This document shows positions 32,295 through 35,747 of a stretch of DNA of 35,747 nt, piece by piece; position 1 is the first letter of the stretch; every line of letters begins with the position of its first letter. Source of the DNA: a virus (lineage: Duplodnaviria > Caudoviricetes); the IMG/VR virus record IMGVR_UViG_3300049564_000023, positions 1 to 35,747 of that record, one strand, 5' to 3'. Under the pieces are notes generated by a model. It was given only the letters and a program-made list of their open reading frames with translations, did not search any database and was not told where the DNA came from. The translations under genes and the position numbers were made by a program.

Positions 32295-33040
32295 CAGAAC
32301 GGCACGATCTTGAACTCGCCGATGTAGCCGCCCTCAGCCCACTGTTTGAGGTCCGCCCCGAGGATGGAAAGCTGCGCCTCGCTCAACCCGTCCAGCGAAT
32401 CGGCGTTCCAGTTCTTCTTGACGGTCGCGAGGATCTCGTCGGCGGTTTTCAGTTCGCCGCGTGCCTCGTCGGCTTCGACGGACATCTCCGTGATCCGCTT
32501 CCGCATCGCCGGCGCCTTGTCTTTCTTCGCCGTTGACTTCCGTTCGGGCTGCGGCATCTCCTCCGCTGGTGTCGGGTTGAACCCGGCCAGCTGCATCACG
32601 AACCCGAGCGGCTGACGTAGCGCCTTCGACGTCGCCCTGGTTTGCGCCATCGAGCGGAGTGCGTAGTCGTCGCGGTTCTTCCAGGTGTTCTCGCTGCGAA
32701 GGCACTCGGCTTCGGCGGCTCCGACGAGGTCTCCGGCACGGGTGCGCGCTTCGACCCGGGCTTCCCAGCCGTTCTCGAGTTTGCGTGTCCAGGTGCAGAT
32801 GGGGAAGACGCCGAGCATTGAGCCGAGCAGCGTCCACCCTTCGACTTTGACGTGTTCGCTGGGGCCGATCGTGACGGCGAGTTTCTGCGACCGGATCACG
32901 TCGACCAATGGCCCGGCGGCGCGCTTGGCGGCTTCAACGACTTCGGCCGGGTCGGTGGTGCCGAAGAGTGTCGGCGTGACGTCCTGGCGCGCTGGCAGGT
33001 CGTCCTCGTAAACGACGATGGGCTCGAGCTCGGCGCTCAT
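32294..33040 (-). CDS. Putative single-strand annealing / recombination protein
   Basis: HVKVEGW...EARV...GAAEAEC...W...ALRSMAQTRATSKALR...TPAEEM resembles Rad52/RecT-type cores; ends in VPF. Confidence 0.6.
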   Translation of the reverse strand: MSAELEPIVVYEDDLPARQDVTPTLFGTTDPAEVVEAAKRAAGPLVDVIRSQKLAVTIGPSEHVKVEGWTLLGSMLGVFPICTWTRKLENGWEARVEARTRAGDLVGAAEAECLRSENTWKNRDDYALRSMAQTRATSKALRQPLGFVMQLAGFNPTPAEEMPQPERKSTAKKDKAPAMRKRITEMSVEADEARGELKTADEILATVKKNWNADSLDGLSEAQLSILGADLKQWAEGGYIGEFKIVPF

Positions 33041-33300
33041 GCGGTCTCCCATTCCTGTAGTAGGTGGGGCGCGTACATAAGCGCCCATGCCCGGTGCGCC
33101 TTCGCAATCGCCAGCGTCAGTTCCCGGCTCAGTGGTTTGCTCGGCTCGGCGTCCCCGCCCCGCATCGGGGGTCTCTCATGCGTGCTTCCATCGCCGTCAG
33201 CAACGGGGGAATGCGGGATAGAGGACGCCGAGCCCAACAAACACACTGGGCATGGGCTGAACGGGGCGGGCTGCTCGCGGCCGCAGCGGCGGCAGATCAT
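33037..33300 (-). CDS. Small Cys-rich protein
   Basis: MICRRC...CPVC; ATGA overlaps. Confidence 0.6.
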   Translation of the reverse strand: MICRRCGREQPAPFSPCPVCLLGSASSIPHSPVADGDGSTHERPPMRGGDAEPSKPLSRELTLAIAKAHRAWALMYAPHLLQEWETA

Positions 33301-33536
33301 GTAGAGCTCCGATGCCAAGGGCCGCACCAGCGCCGGTGATGGAGCGGCACATGGCAGATCCGCCAGTAGCGGTTGCCCTGCTGGTCGTGGCCGGGCTGGC
33401 GGTAGGTGTAGGCGACGGTCGGCCTAACGCAGCCATGCCGCCCCGGACTACGAGGACAGATCGCGCCGGCCGTGCTTGTGAACGCCAGAGCCGCGAGAAT
33501 CGCGACGAGCACCGCGGTAGCGGCGAAGCGAGTCAT
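33297..33536 (-). CDS. Small secreted protein
   Basis: Signal-peptide-like N-terminus ending AGA; four Cys; ATGA overlaps. Confidence 0.65.
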   Translation of the reverse strand: MTRFAATAVLVAILAALAFTSTAGAICPRSPGRHGCVRPTVAYTYRQPGHDQQGNRYWRICHVPLHHRRWCGPWHRSST

Positions 33537-33784
33537 GCGACCGCCTCTTCCGGTTCAGGTTCGTCCTCTGTCTCGCCTTCGAAGAACCAGGAGACAGGCA
33601 GATCGGCGAGTTCGGCGATCTGGCGGACGTACCGGAGGCTGGGCTTGGTGACGCCGCGTTCCCAGCGGGAGATGGTGACGGGTTCGGGGTGACGGCCGGT
33701 GCGGCTTCGCAGCGCGACAGCGAGTTCGAACTGGGTTAGGCCGAGGTTGTCGCGTGCTTCGCGGATGCGGTCACCGACACTCAC
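33533..33784 (-). CDS. Cro-like XRE HTH regulator
   Basis: IREARDNLGLTQFELA...TISRWERG..KP; divergent from the repressor; first gene of the early operon. Confidence 0.9.
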   Translation of the reverse strand: MSVGDRIREARDNLGLTQFELAVALRSRTGRHPEPVTISRWERGVTKPSLRYVRQIAELADLPVSWFFEGETEDEPEPEEAVA

Positions 33785-33786
33785 AG

Positions 33787-33804
33787 GCCTAGACAGTACT
33801 AGGC
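33787..33804. promoter_or_regulatory. Operator-like palindrome GCCTAG-N6-CTAGGC
   Basis: Perfect 6-bp arms that bracket the cro -10 hexamer exactly. Confidence 0.75.
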
Positions 33805-33821
33805 TCGGATGCTACTGTCAA
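33793..33821 (-). promoter_or_regulatory. Housekeeping-sigma early promoter, essentially leaderless
   Basis: TTGACA-N17-TACTGT-N8-GTG(33784). Confidence 0.88.
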
Positions 33822-33888
33822 ATCTAGCCTAATGCCTAGTACAGACTCGGTATCGACAAAGACTAGACGCCTCAGGCAGCTTCTCCTG

Positions 33889-34263
33889 ATGGCGCTGGGC
33901 CTAGAAGAGCTCGGCAAACGCATACACCAGGCGCGCGAGGAAGCCGGTCTAACTCAATCGCAGCTGGCTGATCGGCTGGGGCTTGGGCATCCACAATCGA
34001 TCAGCCGCTACGAGCGCGGCTTGACCGAAGTGCCCTATAAACGGCTGGTGCGGATCGCGGAGGAGACGGGTAAGCCGCTCAGCTTCTTCCACCCGGATAG
34101 TCCGCCTGAGACGGTGGAGTCTGCACCACTCGCAGATCCGGCGACCTTGGCGCTGGCCGAACAGATCCTGGCTGAGCTTCGCGCTCTTCGAGTCGCCGTA
34201 CAGCGTCTCGAAGGCCCGCCAACTCAAGCAGGCACGCCTCGAGAGCGTGGTGCGTCAGGTTGA
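33889..34263 (+). CDS. Immunity repressor, XRE HTH
   Basis: LGKRIHQAREEAGLTQSQLADRLG...ISRYERG; C-terminal amphipathic helix; no S24 peptidase domain; alternative start at 33832. Confidence 0.88.
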   Translation: MALGLEELGKRIHQAREEAGLTQSQLADRLGLGHPQSISRYERGLTEVPYKRLVRIAEETGKPLSFFHPDSPPETVESAPLADPATLALAEQILAELRALRVAVQRLEGPPTQAGTPRERGASG

Positions 34264-34330
34264 CGGTTCCGCACTCCGTCGTTCCTAGAGCGTCGGGGTC
34301 GCCCCTCCTCGTGAGCGGACAATAGTCCAT
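34079..34330 (-). CDS. Possible antisense ORF overlapping the repressor 3' half
   Basis: Encodes LLELAGLRDAVRRLE, mirroring the repressor's LAELRALRVAVQRLE; directly downstream of the lysis operon. Confidence 0.3.
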   Translation of the reverse strand: MDYCPLTRRGDPDALGTTECGTVNLTHHALEACLLELAGLRDAVRRLEEREAQPGSVRPAPRSPDLRVVQTPPSQADYPGGRS

Positions 34331-34376
34331 CGGGACTGATCGCGGCTATGACCTATATGGGTTAGAGCGAGAAGAC

Positions 34377-34811
34377 CTAACCCGCGATGACTTTGCCGTT
34401 GATGATGGCTGCGGCGTGCGCACCCCCGGCGAGCTCCAACGTCGTACACCGTTTCACATGGCGCAACCGGACCCAGGGCGTCCACAGGTTCCCGATGCCG
34501 GCACGCCACAGGTTGCCGCGCCGCTCGAGCCGGGCACGCACCGGCCTGGTCAGCCGCCACGGTTGGACGTGGCTTTTCGCGCCTGCGCCTCGGTTCCATT
34601 CGGCGTAGAGGAAGGCGTGACCCTTGGAGCCTGCGGCGACTCCTGCTTGGACCCAGCGGTGCGCGGTCGGTGTTTGGGCGCCGATCCAGACGGCTGCGGC
34701 GTCGGGTGAGGGTGCGACGGCCCAGGTGAGGGTGAGGACGACGGCGAGTTTGCAGCCCCAGTGCAGGCCGGGGTACAGGATTTGTACCGGCGGCACGAAG
34801 ATCGGAGGCAC
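34377..34811 (-). CDS. Hypothetical protein, weak resemblance to glutamic peptidase G1 motifs
   Basis: AAVWIG...WVQAG...LYAEW; last gene of the lysis unit. Confidence 0.55.
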   Translation of the reverse strand: MPPIFVPPVQILYPGLHWGCKLAVVLTLTWAVAPSPDAAAVWIGAQTPTAHRWVQAGVAAGSKGHAFLYAEWNRGAGAKSHVQPWRLTRPVRARLERRGNLWRAGIGNLWTPWVRLRHVKRCTTLELAGGAHAAAIINGKVIAG

Positions 34812-34813
34812 GG

Positions 34814-34984
34814 TTACTTCCTGGGGTCAGCCCGCCCAGCGAGCGCACCGACCAGGACAACGAAGCCGACGCCGATGATCCGCTCGTCGATCGGTCGGCC
34901 CACGATCGTGATGATGGTGTAACTGACAACGACAAGCAGTAGCGCGGCGAAGAGTAGGAAGGCGTGGTCCTCGAACAGTTTCAT
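34814..34984 (-). CDS. Two-TM membrane protein (56 aa), holin candidate
   Basis: Not in the ORF track; AAGGAGG SD; MKLFEDHAFLLFAALLLVVVSYTIITIVGRPIDERIIGVGFVVLVGALAGRADPRK. Confidence 0.7.
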   Translation of the reverse strand: MKLFEDHAFLLFAALLLVVVSYTIITIVGRPIDERIIGVGFVVLVGALAGRADPRK

Positions 34985-34993
34985 GGCGCCTCC

Positions 34994-35497
34994 TTAGTGA
35001 GTGAGCACATAGACGACGATGCCGGTGAGCAACGGAACGAGCACGGAGGCAAGAGCGAGAGCGCCGAGCAGCTTCGACTGGAACGACTCCACGCGGCCGA
35101 ACCTCGCGCTTGTCTCCTTCCCCACCGCATCCACCTTCTCGATGAGACTTGTGTGAGCGGTCAGGTACTCCGAGCGGGAGAGATAGTTGCCGCGCTCACC
35201 CTCGATCTGTGCGCGCAACTCGTTCGCCTTCTCGTCCCTGTACGCCTGGTTCTCCGCGACCAGGATGCGGGCCGTCTCGTCGGCGGTCTCCTTGATCTTG
35301 AGCGCCTTCTCCCGCTCAAGCGCGACCTCGGTGTAACGGCGATCGCGTTCCTCGAAGAAGCGGAAGATCCACAACGCGGCCGTGTCGTCTGAGTGGCGGA
35401 GCGCCTCGAAGTATTCGCGCAGACTGATGTCAGTGGCGCTCGAGGTGCCTGCCGCCGGGTCGGTGCTCTGGCTCGCACCCCCACCCTTCTCGTTCAT
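34994..35497 (-). CDS. Coiled-coil protein with C-terminal TM helix (lysis cassette)
   Basis: ATG 35497 overlaps the endolysin stop (ATGA); GGAGGG SD; LLGALALASVLVPLLTGIVVYVL. Confidence 0.75.
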   Translation of the reverse strand: MNEKGGGASQSTDPAAGTSSATDISLREYFEALRHSDDTAALWIFRFFEERDRRYTEVALEREKALKIKETADETARILVAENQAYRDEKANELRAQIEGERGNYLSRSEYLTAHTSLIEKVDAVGKETSARFGRVESFQSKLLGALALASVLVPLLTGIVVYVLTH

Positions 35498-35747
35498 TTG
35501 TGGTCGAACCCTCCGCGCTTCTTGATCCACTTGTAGAGCTTGCTGCCGACACGGATCCGCGCCCCCCAGAACGTCACGAAGCGCTTCGTCGGCTTCGGCT
35601 TCGGCGCTGGAGTAGGCGCCAGTTTCGCCTTGGCCGCGGTCAGCAGCTGCGACCACTTGTAAGCGCCCGGATCCCAGTGGCTGTTCTCCGGAATCTCGAC
35701 GTGGCCGTACCAGCCCGCGACCTTGCCCCACTTGCCCGCGTGGCGAC
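35494..35747 (-). CDS. Endolysin 3' part (continuation of 1-587)
   Basis: Reads ...KAKLAPTPAPKPKPTKRFVTFWGARIRVGSKLYKWIKKRGGFDHK to TGA at 35494. Confidence 0.85.
   Translation of the reverse strand, partial: RHAGKWGKVAGWYGHVEIPENSHWDPGAYKWSQLLTAAKAKLAPTPAPKPKPTKRFVTFWGARIRVGSKLYKWIKKRGGFDHK
35621..35747. repeat. Terminal direct repeat, copy 2
   Basis: Identical to 1-127. Confidence 0.97.

Noticed and set aside
30790-33536. Cassette motif in genes upstream of recombinase 1 (TTC GCC GCT, AGT CCC GCG, GTA GCC GCC near starts)
   Set aside because: They lack the intact TGCCGC core and could be chance Ala codons; not counted.

Overview
Apparently complete, circular genome (35,620 bp; bases 1-127 are repeated at 35621-35747) of a GC-rich temperate siphovirus with HK97-type head genes. 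The host is probably an actinobacterium (inferred from an Rpf-type gene and leaderless promoters). Almost all genes are on the minus strand. In reading order they are: cro-led early operon (33784 to 22509; recombination protein, Rpf-like lysozyme, two tandem tyrosine recombinases, an array of small genes, VRR-NUC, helicase-like ATPase, sigma factor), packaging and head genes, a large head-appendage-like cluster with a GH26 hydrolase, tail genes, and lysis genes spanning the contig junction. The repressor and a 3-gene island are on the plus strand. Most unusual: (1) 12 consecutive small genes directly downstream of the second recombinase each carry an in-frame NNT-GCC-GC(G/T) motif within their first codons, suggesting an integron-like cassette array; (2) a tRNA-Ser-like attP inside the first recombinase gene, so integration would sever the early operon; (3) a sigma factor with regions 2 and 4 in different frames, plus six TAGCCGAAGA(ACAA) late-promoter motifs with no shared -35; (4) a large terminase with its N-terminal Q-motif segment relocated internally; (5) a free-standing Rpf-like gene with no canonical start codon; (6) an antisense ORF that mimics the repressor's C-terminal helix. 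All product calls come from motif recognition by eye; no database searches were run.
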